Shown one piece after another: positions 26,233-38,278 of a DNA stretch of 64,000 nucleotides. Source of the stretch: Hydrolagus affinis. Taxonomy: Eukaryota. The stretch lies in contig JAAILG010000151.1 in NCBI GenBank assembly GCA_012026655.1, forward strand, positions 62,001 through 126,000. The letters run 5' to 3'. Position numbers and translations under genes: made by a program. The notes beneath the pieces were generated by a model. That model was not told the origin of the DNA. It saw nothing but the letters and a program-made list of their open reading frames with translations, and searched no databases. Positions within the stretch are counted from its first letter, which is position 1. Each line of letters begins with the position of its first letter.

Positions 26233-26599
26233 CAACAACAACCAAATTACATTTATGGAGCACCTTTCACGTCGGGAGGACGTCCCAAGGCGCTGAAGTT
26301 CCGTGGAGGGCCTTGAAAGTGAGAAGGACAATTTTGAATTTTATCCTCTTGAGGAATGGCGAGCCAGTGGAGCCAGGCGAGGGTCAGGGGTGATGGGGGC
26401 GTGGGGGGGGGTCACACAGCCTGGTGCGAGATGCAGAGTTCTGGATGATCCGCAACTTGTGGCGGGAAGAGTTGGGAAGGCCGACATGGAGGGGGATTCC
26501 ATAGTCGAGCCTTGAACTGATGAATGCGTATATGAGAGGTTTGGTGGCCTGAAGTGCGAGGGGGTGGGGGAGGCAGGCAATGTTGCGGAGGTGGTGGAA
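26233..26599 (-). mobile_element. Decayed L2 LINE fragment with 3' tail
   Basis: Frameshifted translation gives HLRNIA..LIYAFISSRLDY..KLRIIQNSA..PITP..IKFKIVLLTFKALHG, followed directly by the stem tail and (TTG)n. Confidence 0.88.
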
Positions 26600-27573
26600 C
26601 CTCTATATAGAGGCTGAACGATGCCTTAGCCAGGAGCAGGCTGCTCTGATATCTCCAGTGTGGTGTCTCCACCATGCTCCCATTCATGTTTCCACTTCAT
26701 GAGGTCAATCCCCGCACTAAAAGTTAAGTGCCATTGAGAGCGATTGCTAACAAGAGAAGGACCCATCGGAAATGCTTCAAGACTTTTCAGGAGTTGTTTA
26801 GATTCCATGCTCCATCGTCAGTCAAATCTTGCTCTTGGCAAATTAAGCGAAGGAGATTCAGGAATGAGGTGTAAATTAATCTAGTGCACAAAGGAATTTT
26901 TCAGAAAGAGGGTGTGTGGGGGGGGGAAGATATTTTTCTTGGGTACGAAAAACTAATCACATACATTATTAGCATTTTCTCATGTTAAACCTTGCTGGGA
27001 ATCTGCAGTCAGACGTGTGAAGCAGGCACCTCAAACACCTACTAGACTACTCCACCAGTCTGCACAAGACTTTGCAGTACGATTCCTCAAAGGATTTCAC
27101 ACTACATTCCACATCTGTAATGAGATTAAAACGTTTAGGATTTTGTTTAGCCTTTATTTTCCTCTTTAATGAGCTTTGCCATCAGGACTGAAGTATAACT
27201 TCCTCCCCCAACCCTGGGGACCCATAGTCAAGGAGTTTCCCACAGGACTGAGCTCCTGATTTCATCCAGAGTCAGAAATTACACATGGCGCAGAACGAGT
27301 GCCTGGCGACATTGTGTTTCTGGATGTCCTGAGATGGCCCCGAGTGTTTCCATTTCAATATCCTGAGCGGCTTGGATCAGCGCCTGCCCCGGAGCCTGTA
27401 ACAGGTGGATGAGAGAACAACCCTGAGGAGAACCCCACCCCCCCATGTTACTGTGAACAGAGTGAAGGTTCTTTGTCTGGCTGCAGTGGTGAATGGTTGG
27501 TGGGCGGTGGTCTGGCTGGGGGTTGCGCAGCTTCTGACACTGCGACACCTTTCAGGACTAAGACAATTTTATT

Positions 27574-27712
27574 ATAGAATTACACAACTCAGAAGGAGGC
27601 CATTCGGGCCATCGTGTCTATGCCAGATTTTTAAAAAGAGCTTTTCCAAATCAATCCCACCCACCCCCACCCCGCCTCCGCGCTCTCCCCATAAATAGCC
27701 CTTCCCCAAACT
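27574..27712 (-). mobile_element. CR1 3' UTR fragment
   Basis: ATAGAAT...GGAGGCCATTCGGGCCATCG...TCAATCCCAC...CTCTCCCCATAA, shared with the two copies above. Confidence 0.8.
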
Positions 27713-27950
27713 TGACCACACGCTATCCAATTGAAACATGTTAAAGTGCTTCTTCACAGGTAATCAGTGAAGTGCACTGAATGTTTTTTTGCAGGTTGAC
27801 CAGGGCAACGTTTAAATCAGACTAATGCTAGGAATTCAAATGATTTATGTGTCTGAAGGATTGTTGGCCAGAAGACAGGCGGAAGCTCCCTCTCCCTTTT
27901 CAGATAGCATCATGAGATCTTTAACCTCCATTTTAACAGATTGGACCTTA

Positions 27951-28137
27951 GCTCCCCCGTTACCCCAGTCCTTGCCAGACTTCACTGGGCTCAGCTAAAG
28001 ACCTTTCTCTTCGATCGTGCCTTCGGTCACCTTTCTACCCCTGCCCCTGGCTCGGTCCCGGGATCCGTTGTTGTGAAGCGCTCTGAGACGCCGTCCGCCC
28101 TGGAGGGCGCTATATAACTTGAAATTGTTGTAGTTGA
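27951..28137 (+). mobile_element. Internally deleted L2 3' end inserted in a Deu-domain SINE relic
   Basis: PVTPVLARLHW is fused to LKTFLFDRAFG, followed by a 3' UTR, the AGCGCTCT/AGGGCGCT stem and a GTT-rich end. Confidence 0.82.
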
Positions 28138-29152
28138 GGTTGTGTGTCTCACCTGAAACACTAGTCTGCGTGAGAATCCTTTCTATTGACTATGTCAGGG
28201 GCTGCTTACCAATGTGATGTTCTTTGAGGCTTCAAAGTGGCAACTGGGGGGAGAAACACGATTTGAAAGAATTCTGTTGGAATCAGGGTATTAAACGTAG
28301 TGGAGAGTAACAGTCTGTAAATGCAAAATGTCACAAATCTGGCCTCCTTCGTCCTCCTGCACATGACCTACATTGGGCTTAATAAAATAAGTGTTTCTGT
28401 TCAGGACTTTGTTTTCAGAATTCATTGTGTTGCAGTCAGTGGAATAATATTGCGGTCTTTGAGATAATTGCAGTTGTTTTTACGCAGTCTTCAGAACAAA
28501 ACCAGCTGAAAGCTTTGAAATAAACAGCTTTGAGGTGTTTCACACTCACTCCTCATTATCAGATTCTTTGAATAAACGTGTTTGTTCCTGCTCGCATAAA
28601 GGCGAGAAATCTCACACCTGATAAAACTACAACTTGGGTTTCTGGCTGCAGCCCAAAGATACAATCACATACACTGCCGAGCAAAGACAGAAGTAGCAGA
28701 ATTATCATTGTTGATCTAACCAGAGCCCCGCTTTACACAAGCAATGTGAAATCTACAACGAAGCTCACAGGGTAACCACACCACAATGATCTCTCCATTA
28801 GCCTGGGTGTGAACAGCCTTGTCAGGGGCTTGCTTCGGTACATGCCCCTAATCTTGTTTTAATACTCATCATTCCAAATTTATGGGCCATTTAACGCCGC
28901 CTCCCAGTGCCACTGCTGTAGGAAACACCTTGTTTATATTGCAGGACACAAAACCATTGCCCAGATTGACTCGGTTTAAAAAGAAGCCGTGAACTTGCAG
29001 CTTATCTGAGGTCTCCGCTGCCGCAGGTGAGCTGAGGAGGGTTGTCTGACTGCACAGGAGCTCAAGCGCCTTTGGTTGCTGTTGTCTGCGATGACCAGAA
29101 GAACAACATGTGCACAGAGACATGCTTTCTTCCGACTGACAAGCCGGCCAGC

Positions 29153-29484
29153 ATAATAATAATAATCCTTGCATTTGATACAGCGCTTTTCACATCTTAT
29201 CAACATCTCAAAGCGCTTCACAGAATATACTGTAAAGTGAATTGACTGTATATTTGTGGGCGAAACACGGCAGCCAATTGCGCACAGCAGCGTCCCCCAC
29301 AAACAGTCGTGGATTGATTGAAATGACCAATTTTTATTAATGTGGTTCTTTGGGGAGGGATTATTATTAGGCGCGTGTGTGTGGAGTAAGGAAACTTGCC
29401 CAAGGTTTCGCCCTGACCTGCCTGGATTCGAACACGGGTCTCACGCTTGTAAGGCGAGTGGTCTCACCACTGAGCTACAGCAGC
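29153..29484 (-). mobile_element. Full-length tRNA-derived SINE (~330 bp) with L2-type 3' tail ending (ATT)n
   Basis: Minus strand reads AGCTGCTGTAGCTCAGTGGTGAGA (A box) and GTTCGAATCC (B box), then a body and a tail ending AAATGCAAGGATTATTATT. Closely similar to the copy at 59262. Confidence 0.92.
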
Positions 29485-32400
29485 TCCAAGATCCTCCCAA
29501 ATTATGCACTTTATAAAAAAAAATCTCGTCTCTTTCATCAAATGTACTGGATGCATGATGATGGCGTCCACCATTCCGGGGTGGAGAAAATAGTGCCAGG
29601 TTCTCTCTCTGTATTCTGGTGGGGGGGTGGGGGGGGCAGGAGATGGGGAACAGCCCAGGAGAAGTGTCTGATTCTCAAGCGCAGCTTCCACTACTTAAAT
29701 AAAGCCAGTTGGGAAAACAAAGGCGTTTTGTTTCAAGCAGTTGTGTAGCTGCCATTCAGTGTCTTCGGGAGGGAAGGAGAGAAACCCTTCTTTTGAAAGA
29801 TCCCCACAAGGTCGATGCACTCCTTTTGTGCCTGATTTTCTTCACTGTTAATTTCTTTTCCCAACAAATCAATCGGCCGCTTGCCTCTCTCGGAGGCCGG
29901 GTGTGCCTGCCGGGGACCTTGCTCCCAAAGCATGGTGATGGGCTTCTCTTGGCCGGCAGCCAGTGTGAGATCTTTCCCTCCACCTCATGTGGAGCCGCCT
30001 GGCCCTGTGATTGGCACCTCGCGCGGCAGCACAACACAGAAGATCTCCCATAAAAAAAACAGTCGCGTCACTGTCTCTGATCACAAATTATAGCATGTTT
30101 TCCCCCAGAGTACGTACAGAATATTGTCTTCTCTCTCCACTTACCCCCCCAAAATCCAACATTTAGTCTGGAGGTCAGGCGGGCACTTTGGGTGATGACA
30201 GGAGATAGTGCGTGAATTTTGTCGGAGCCCTTACACATTTAGGTTGCAGCGATTCAGATGTGAAGCATTTGAATCATTTTTGGTGCGTGAAGACCCTATA
30301 ACAAATTCAGGATCGGTTTCTTCCTTTCTCTGGCCCACGTTCAATCAGACCGTGGCAGCGTCAGAATCTAAATGCCCGTCCATTCGGACGTGTGAAGCGT
30401 CTTGCCTGTATCTGGGAAATATAGATAGATCGCAGCTCGGCACGTTACTATGGGCTGATTGTTAAAAACCCCATCAACAATGACCTCAGAATAAATGGAA
30501 CATTACAATGGGCGATGGTGTGCTCAAATTGGTCTTTCACTCATGAGAAGGATCTTCATCGGCCCTCTCGTCCCTGTGGTGCTCTTGAATTATGTGTCTT
30601 TCACGTTTATGAAAGAACAGTACGAACAGATTGTTGCCCATTTCGACAGCTAGGATTTGTTTTGCTTTGGTTTTTATACATCCAGAGAGAGGTATGTGAC
30701 AGGGTGTTGTGGCTGTGCCAAATATCTGTCATATTTTATAAGACAGTGAATTACAAAGACTATGTACTGTACCAGGCAACCAGATTAGGAGCATTAATGT
30801 GGGTCCGCTATACATCTCGGTCTTGTTTCTCATTCCGTGCCTCCTCACCCACACCCCAAAAATAGTTTTAATGATGCCATTATACAGTCGTCAACTCCCT
30901 GAAGTGTTGTACAGCAACGGCTGCGACTTAACGTAGGAATTTTCTCCCAGTTCTGTCGCAGACTGTAAAAAAAAACAGCTCTCGATGTGTTCAGATGGGC
31001 TGGATTCTCACCACAAAACCCTCGCAAAATCATCTTCCTACATTTCAGACGAGTTTAGAGCAACAACATCGTCTTTTCCCAAGGGTATAATCAGTCTGCT
31101 GTAATATATGTAAGATGTAATTTAGGCTTTTTTTATTATACACTGACAGAAGTGCTGAAACTCCCAGCTCTAAAGGCATTCCAAAGTTTACAAAAACGCA
31201 AAATACTGCAGATGCTGGAAGTTTACAATCTAATCATTACAGAGTTTTAAAGACGAAAAGTGTAACTGAAGTGTGAACATTTTTGCTTTCAATTTAATGC
31301 GGAGCTAGCACTAATTCGCAGCCTGTAATTTCTCTCAAATGCTGAATCATTATCTGATTGGCTTTGTTGCTTATTGTGGAAGGAAATCGTTTTTTAAATG
31401 CAGTTTTTATAAACAAATGTATTTGGGTAAATGCGGCAAATTAGTCTATTTATTTATTCATTTACAAGTCGTCTACATTTCTTTTTCTTTCTTCACCGTT
31501 TATCTCCTTCCTGTTGCAACACTGTGCTGTCTGTGAGGGGTGGACATCCTTTGAAGAAATGAGTGAAATAATTCCTTCGAATGTCTCCGTACCCCTCCAT
31601 CAGTGCCACTGTTCCCATCACAAGGAGCCTCTTTTCGATAACTCCCATTGAGAGAGGACTCTTTCAGCTGGTTGTAGAGTGTTAAAGGTACAAGGGTAGA
31701 GTTACTACACAAGTGCCAGTCAAGCTGCAGCCAGCCAGACCACTTGTCTCAAGCCCAGGCGATGAGCGATGAGGATAGTCCTCTCCTGACCCAGTACAGG
31801 GGCTCAGTAACACTGGTTCATATTTCTCCCTCTCTTTGCTGAAGCCAAAATTGTGTTTTCAAATGTTTGGCTGACATCAATTAAATCAGCCCAGACTTGG
31901 ATCAAGCCTTGAATTCTCCTGCTCTCTGTGGCTCAGCTCCACTTGCAGCAATGCGTGTTTCAATCCGGTCATCCGGGAGACTGGAACGTGGTGTTTGGAC
32001 AGAGTTATTTAGTTAGTCAGAATTGAATCTGATTCAACGAACACCTTGGTTTCCTTTGCCTGCGGTACTTGGTTCATACAGTATCCCATTATCCGCCGAT
32101 GCATGCAGCAGTGTCATGGAGACAGGTGGGAATTAGCCTCACCGTTTAGCAGCCTGACTTGAATTGCCTTATTTTGGAGCAGATTTCTTGTCTTCTCCTT
32201 TGGAGCCCAGTTTCATAACACGAGTTGAGTAAATTTGTATAATCTCCACTCGTATCGGCCTGCCACACACCCAGAGTTGTCGGTGTACGTGTAGATGTCG
32301 AGAAAGCTTACTACACTCCAGCTGAAAAATGCAATAAAACGATCACAAGTGAGACAAATAAATCAATTCCCAAATTCGCAACAACGAATAATGCTTGCAG

Positions 32401-33369
32401 TGAGCGCGCGCGCGCGTGTGTGTATGTGTGTGCAATACACAATCTCCTTGGATTGTAAACTCTGTTAACTGTTAGCCCCATTGTGCTGCTCGTCCGCAAA
32501 AAGAATCGCTGAGAAAATCTGAAGCTGGTCATTGTGGCACCTTTTGGGTTGGTTTTATCATTTTATTTCCCCCCCTCCCCCCCAATAAACCCACTGCCTC
32601 ACCAGCCAGAATTAATGATCCAATAAGTCTCTGGACTAACACCCAAAGAGGTGTTGCATTGGTCTGGATGGATCTCCACCAAATGGATAAAGCCTCTGGC
32701 ACTGACTCGGTGCTTTGGGTTCTGTGCAGAATCCAGTGATTTTCCCTGTGGCGATTGGTATGTGGAGCAGAGCTACAAACGATGACTCGTGCTAATGATC
32801 TTGCGGAGCCTGTGGGGAGTGTGAGTGTGATTGAGTTGCCTAAAGAGCGACCACTTAGCCTAAGTGCTGGAGAGCTGCCAGGACCTGTGGAACCACACCT
32901 CAGCCTTCAGGAGTACCGGGAACAGACCTGGACACAAGAAAGTATTTTGGACCCGCTTTAAGCAGGTTTAAGTTGTTCTCTCATAGGTAATAACTATTAA
33001 TTGTCAAGTGGGTGGGGGTGGGTCTAGACTGCCGTAGACATGTCCAGTCCACAGTGCCGCACTTGAAAACACTCCTACAATTACCCAGTGTTAGGAATGG
33101 AGCAAAATTCTTTCCTTCTCAACCACTGCGCTCACTTGGTCTTTCCTGGGGGGATCTCTCACTTCCTGGGAAATCAAATCTTGGAGCTTTATTAATGGAT
33201 ACCTATCAGTGTGAAAAGTCGGTTGCCCTTCCTCTCACATCCCTCAAGCTCTGTGGCTCAGCTCAGTGAAGGCCCAGACAAGGCAATGCGGAGGTTCCAC
33301 CAGCATTGGCTTCTTGTGAGGAAACGTGGGCATTGTTTGTCTCCCATCTTCTGACACACCATTTGGTGC

Positions 33370-33691
33370 AGCCCTGTAGCTCAGTGGTTAGAGCACTCGC
33401 CTTGCAAACGAGTGCTCTAACTGACCTGGGTTCAATTCCCAGCAGGTCAGGGTGAAACCTTGGGCAAGTTTCTTTAATCCACACCTAATAATAATGCCTC
33501 AAAAAAAAAAAAAAAATGTGGTTATTTTCAATCCCAAGACTGTTTGTGGGATACCACTGAACAAAATTGGCTACTGCGTTTTGCCCACAAATATACAGTC
33601 AATTCACTTCACAGTATATTCTGTGAAGCGCTTTGAGACGTCTAGAAGATGTGAAAAGTGCAATATCAATTGCAAGGATTATTATTATTAT
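33370..33691 (+). mobile_element. Full-length tRNA-derived SINE, same family
   Basis: TAGCTCAGTGG A box, GGTTCAATTCC B box, shared body and GCAAGGATT(ATT)n tail. Confidence 0.92.
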
Positions 33692-33988
33692 CAAAGATAG
33701 CTGGTGCAATACAAGAATTGTATACATTGCAGGAGTCTTAAAAATTGTTATTCAAATTGAATTTAGAGTTATCTTAATTCAAGCAGTTTACGGTATATCA
33801 CAGGAGCTGCCAACGAGAATCCAGTGTCCACAAACCGGAAAAGAATGGGTTTGCACCTAATATTGACTGAGTGTAATACGCTTTCCTCCTGACCACAAGC
33901 CTCAGCACCATAATCCAACATCTTTGGGCAAATGTAATTGAAAGTTAGATAATAAATTGCACCTGAATGCTATAGGCTGTGCGGAAGA

Positions 33989-34502
33989 GTTCATTTTAAC
34001 AACCCGGATCTAATGGCTGTTCTACAATATGTAAAAGAGCACGCAATAGTCATTAAGGGAGCAAAACGCACCCAATGTTACCAGCTTCCATCTTGCGAGT
34101 GTTGATGCAAACTATCATTTTGTGCTCACAAGTTACCAATGAAAGATCTGCAGTCAGCAGGGAAGTTCACTCAGAGCTGTAGTGTTATCAGGGTGGGGAA
34201 ACAACAACTGCCTGGTATACCTACATTTGTTGTCCGATAATTCAGTGGTTCGGGATCCTCTTTATGAGAACTGTAACCACTGTATTAACCACTGTTTCCC
34301 CTCCCTGATTTCACTGCAGCACTGAGCTTCCCGACTGTCTGCAGATCCTCGATTAGTAACTTGTGGGCACAAAATGATGGTTTGCGTTGACGCTCGTAAA
34401 ATGGCAGCTGGAAACACTGGGCACATTCTGCGCAGTTAGGGCTATTGTGTACTCGTTTAGATATTGTAAAACAACCATTAGATCACCATTGTTAAAATGA
34501 AC
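33989..34502. repeat. Long imperfect palindrome (arms ~33989-34203 and 34293-34502), probably an old fold-back/MITE element
   Basis: Ends GTTCATTTTAACAA and TTGTTAAAATGAAC. The arms are collinear over ~210 bp at roughly 75-80% identity by eye. Confidence 0.88.
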
Positions 34503-34899
34503 GCGGCTGTGATTATTTAATTGCTTGACAAGTAAATGATTGTGTAAGTAGTGAAGTGCTTGAATAAAAGAATAATTAGTTTAAAGTTATCTTAATTCTT
34601 GCCACATTTGCAGTGCACTGTGTATTAGCTTGAGAGCACAGAATTACATGACTGGACTTAATTCACTTTTCTAACGCTGCAGTACTTGCTGAAGGAATGA
34701 GGTGAGGAACTTGGTTATTTAAATGCCGTCTCTATGCCAATGTCTGACCTGAGATTTCAGGATTTTATCCCACACGTCGTCTAAACTGTAGCAGCAAAAA
34801 TGCTTATATTTCCAACGCTCTAAAATGTGTTATCTTTGTTCAATAAATAGGTTTGGACTTTTCTTTATCCAAAAAAGAGATGCTAGTTTCTCCCGTGCA

Positions 34900-35146
34900 A
34901 TCACTGTACAGTCACTTCACAGTGTATTCTGTGAAGCACTTTGAGACGTTTCGGAGACATATTAAGGCACTGTGTCAAATGCCCTGGCCAACAACCCTCC
35001 TGTTAAATCGGTCATTCCAGCTCTCCTGGCTTTTTTGTGTTGTGTGGGCTGTGTTTGCCTACAAATATAAAACATCCCACAATAATTACCGTGAAGCATT
35101 TTGAAGTCTTTTGATATGATAAGGCGCTAAATCAAATGGAAGGGAT
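34900..35146 (+). mobile_element. Two decayed SINE 3' fragments in tandem
   Basis: Two separate GTGAAGCA...AAGGC...CAAATG tail motifs. Confidence 0.7.
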
Positions 35147-35162
35147 ATTTGTAGAAGTGTTA

Positions 35163-35270
35163 GACTCGCATTCCTTTCTCCATAGATCTTGCCTGACCTG
35201 CTGAGTGTTCTGAGAGGTCGGGCAGCATCTATGGAGAAAGGAAAGTGAGCGATTTCTGTTTTTGTGTTAG
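35163..35270 (+). mobile_element. Third copy of the element, with an internal inverted duplication
   Basis: TTTCTCCATAGAT..TGCCTGACCTGCTGAGTGTTC, then its own reverse complement, then TTCTGTTTTTG. Confidence 0.75.
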
Positions 35271-37761
35271 TCTAAGTGTGTTCCCGCAGTTTCCCATTGC
35301 TTCTTGCTTTCGTAGCTGTGCTTGACTCTCCGTACACTGGCTTTCTACCACAGAACAAAATCTTACTAACTGTTAATATCTAGTGTTGATTACTCATACT
35401 GGCACCTGGGGTTTCCACTGTGGCATTTTCTGGGGTAAGTAATAGCTAAGTGAAGTTCCTGCGCAAAATATTCGGTTTGTGTTTCCGTGGAACAGTCACT
35501 ACTTTCTACCATATTTAAAACTTTCACGAGGTTCAGTGGGAACTCTGCACCCTCAGCTTAACAAGACCACAGCGCAGCAGTCTGGTACCTGGTTACTAAC
35601 TGATTGCTCACTTATGGAGATCCTGATAACCACATCACCAAGAGGAGATGCTGACTGGAAGCCAGACAGCCTCCCAATGGGGGAAAGAGAGTTAGAGATG
35701 GCACCTTGAGTGATGGTGACGCCTCCACTTGAAGTCCCATTATAGCAGCTATCCTGCCTGCTGGGCAATGCTGTAGTGGGTGGTTCAGGAGGCAAGAGAA
35801 GCGGAGAAAGCTATGCCTTTTCTCCCCTTTAATCTCTTTACCATCTGGGAGCGACAGGGCTCTGTGACACAAACCCTGCAACCCACCTGCTGACACACTA
35901 AGGCGAGAAGCTGCTGTTGGTGGGACATGGAGCATAGATGGCCGTTGATCTCAACAAGTCTGCTCCCACCAGCTATGGATTTGCACCATAAAAGACTTTA
36001 CAAGGCACCTGAGGGAGGTTCAGTGAAGACAGTTTAGCTTTGCGCAGATTGAGTTGAGTTGTGTTTTGCTGGGCTCTTGGATTTCGATGTATATTTGGAA
36101 GGGAAAGAGGACAGTCTCTGATCTCCTTTAGTTTGGATCTGAGCTCCGTAACAGTACAGGCCTCAATTAAATGTTAAATTATTCTCCTGTTTGATCGGTG
36201 AAAGTGTTCCACAATGACTAATATAGCTCATTTTGGTTGTTTGATCAGAGATTGAGTTCTGTGGGATTTCATTACTGATTTGAAATGTCAGATATTAACC
36301 AAATGACTGTATACATGCTTGATGTTGATTCTATCTCTAGGCAGCTTTCTGCATTCAGCCAAACTGTTCTGACTCACACATTTACATATCAGCATTTCTG
36401 TATATATATATATAAAAAAAACTCCATCACAGCATGCAGTTTATCTCTGTGGAAAGTGTAACCATTAACCCTTTTCATTTGATTTTCCTTTGTATTTCTG
36501 TTCTCTTATACCTAAGAAAACATTAGTCTAACTGGGGAAGAAGCGCTGAGCATAGTAAAGAGTGGGTAGGGAATGAACTAAATAAGTGAGAGACTTTGTA
36601 TTGTATTATATACTCCCTCCCTCCACAGATGAAAATATAATCCTTCCTGGATTTTTTTTTTTAAAAAAAGCCTTTTCTTTGACTTGTGTAAAGTGTGTTG
36701 ATGTGTTCATGTCTGATAGCACAGGTTCTGTGTTGAAGCTGACAGTTCCTGAATAAAAGCTTTACACGCCACCATTAGCCAGTTAGGCCGACGTATTAAA
36801 CAGCTTGCAGTTCAGTTGCCTTTGGTGGATCATCGTGTAAATGCACGGCGCAGTGGGCTGCTGGGTTAGGGTGAGATACCGGCGCTGGCTCCTTGGCTTG
36901 TTGCCTTGTCTCTGTTGAGCCACTTGTTTGGGTAGAAGTCTAGTCATGCCCAGTCTCTCCAGGATGGGAGGTGGAAAGAGAATAAAACCTACCAGAGCTC
37001 CTGCCACCAATGTAGCTGGCGAATGCTTCGTGAGGACAGAGTCAGACTGTTTGTGGTGTGGTTGGTGGTGTTGAGTGACATATCGAGAGAGGGCTGCTCA
37101 GATAAGGTCCTGGGAGGGAGTCCGTGTCGAGGTGGCAAGTAAAAGAAAACCATTCGGAAGACGGGACGATCCCTCAAACCCAGAAGGTCCCAAGATGAAT
37201 CATTGTTCTTTACTGAGTTAGACGATCAGTCAGTGGAGTGATGAGGAGCAGGATCTCTGGCTGATTCTCTCTCTTTTCTGCCCCCTCCCTCCACTACCCC
37301 ATATTATAGACATGGTTTGGGAGAGTGCCCACGTGACCATAACCTGGTAGAGAAGAAAACGTCAACGCCTGCAGGAGAGCATTGGGGGAGGGGAACAATC
37401 TATGTACATAAAATACTTAAGGCTGTGCTTGCTTTCTGCATTTAGTAATTTATTTACATACACAAGTACTGGTCTTAAAAAAATATAGATTTTTGGCCTG
37501 GGAATTGAGCTAATGTCCTTTAGTAATGGCACAGCAAGCTTTGTAAATTAAAAAGAAATTGACCTTTGCTTAATGAGGATTATTGTTGATTTCAGCTTCC
37601 ATGGTCCTTCCTGTGAACATCCAGTTGGATGTTTGATGGGAAAAGGCACAGAGGGGAGGCAGTTGTTTTGTCTGTGGGCCTGCTCCTTTCCTTTGTTTGC
37701 ACTAAATGTTCATCTACTGCGTCAAATGAAACAAACCAGCTTCAAACAATATTTGGGAGTC

Positions 37762-38278
37762 ATTTGGCTTAGTGGTTAAGCCCACTTGTCTCACAAGGGA
37801 GAGGACCTGGGGTCAATTCCCGGTCAGTGCGAAACATTGGGCAAGTTTCCTTACTCCATACACCTCTTGTTCACCTACCAGTAAATTGGGACCTGGTTGT
37901 GAGTTGATTGGTAGACTATTCCGGGAGTAGTAATAATCCTTTCCCCCCCAAAATTGGTCACTCCATCCACGACTTTTTGTGGGACACTACTGTGTTTACA
38001 GCGCCTTGGGACGTCCTCCCGACGTGAAAGGCGCTCTATAAGTGTAATTTGTTGTTGTTGTTGTGTGCAATTGGCTGCTGCATCTTGCCCATTATATATG
38101 TGTGTACATATATAAATATATATATACACAGTCAATTCACTTTCAGTATATCAACAACAACAACTTCGATTTATATAGCGCCCTCCATGCCAGACAGTGT
38201 CTAAGAGCGCTTCATATCTTTGAGATGTCTCAAAGCCATGATAAGGCGCCATATCATAATGCAACGATTATTAGTATT
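37762..38278 (+). mobile_element. Older SINE copy interrupted by two nested L2-type tail insertions (~37995-38062 on +, ~38152-38213 on -) and a TA expansion
   Basis: Head GGCTTAGTGG...GGTCAATTCC. The SINE body resumes on both sides of each insert. Confidence 0.8.

Noticed and set aside
35354-35435. AG...GTAAGT-bounded 82-nt segment
   Set aside because: In-frame stop, weak exonic donor context (GGG), and about 15 GTAAGT hexamers are expected by chance in 64 kb.
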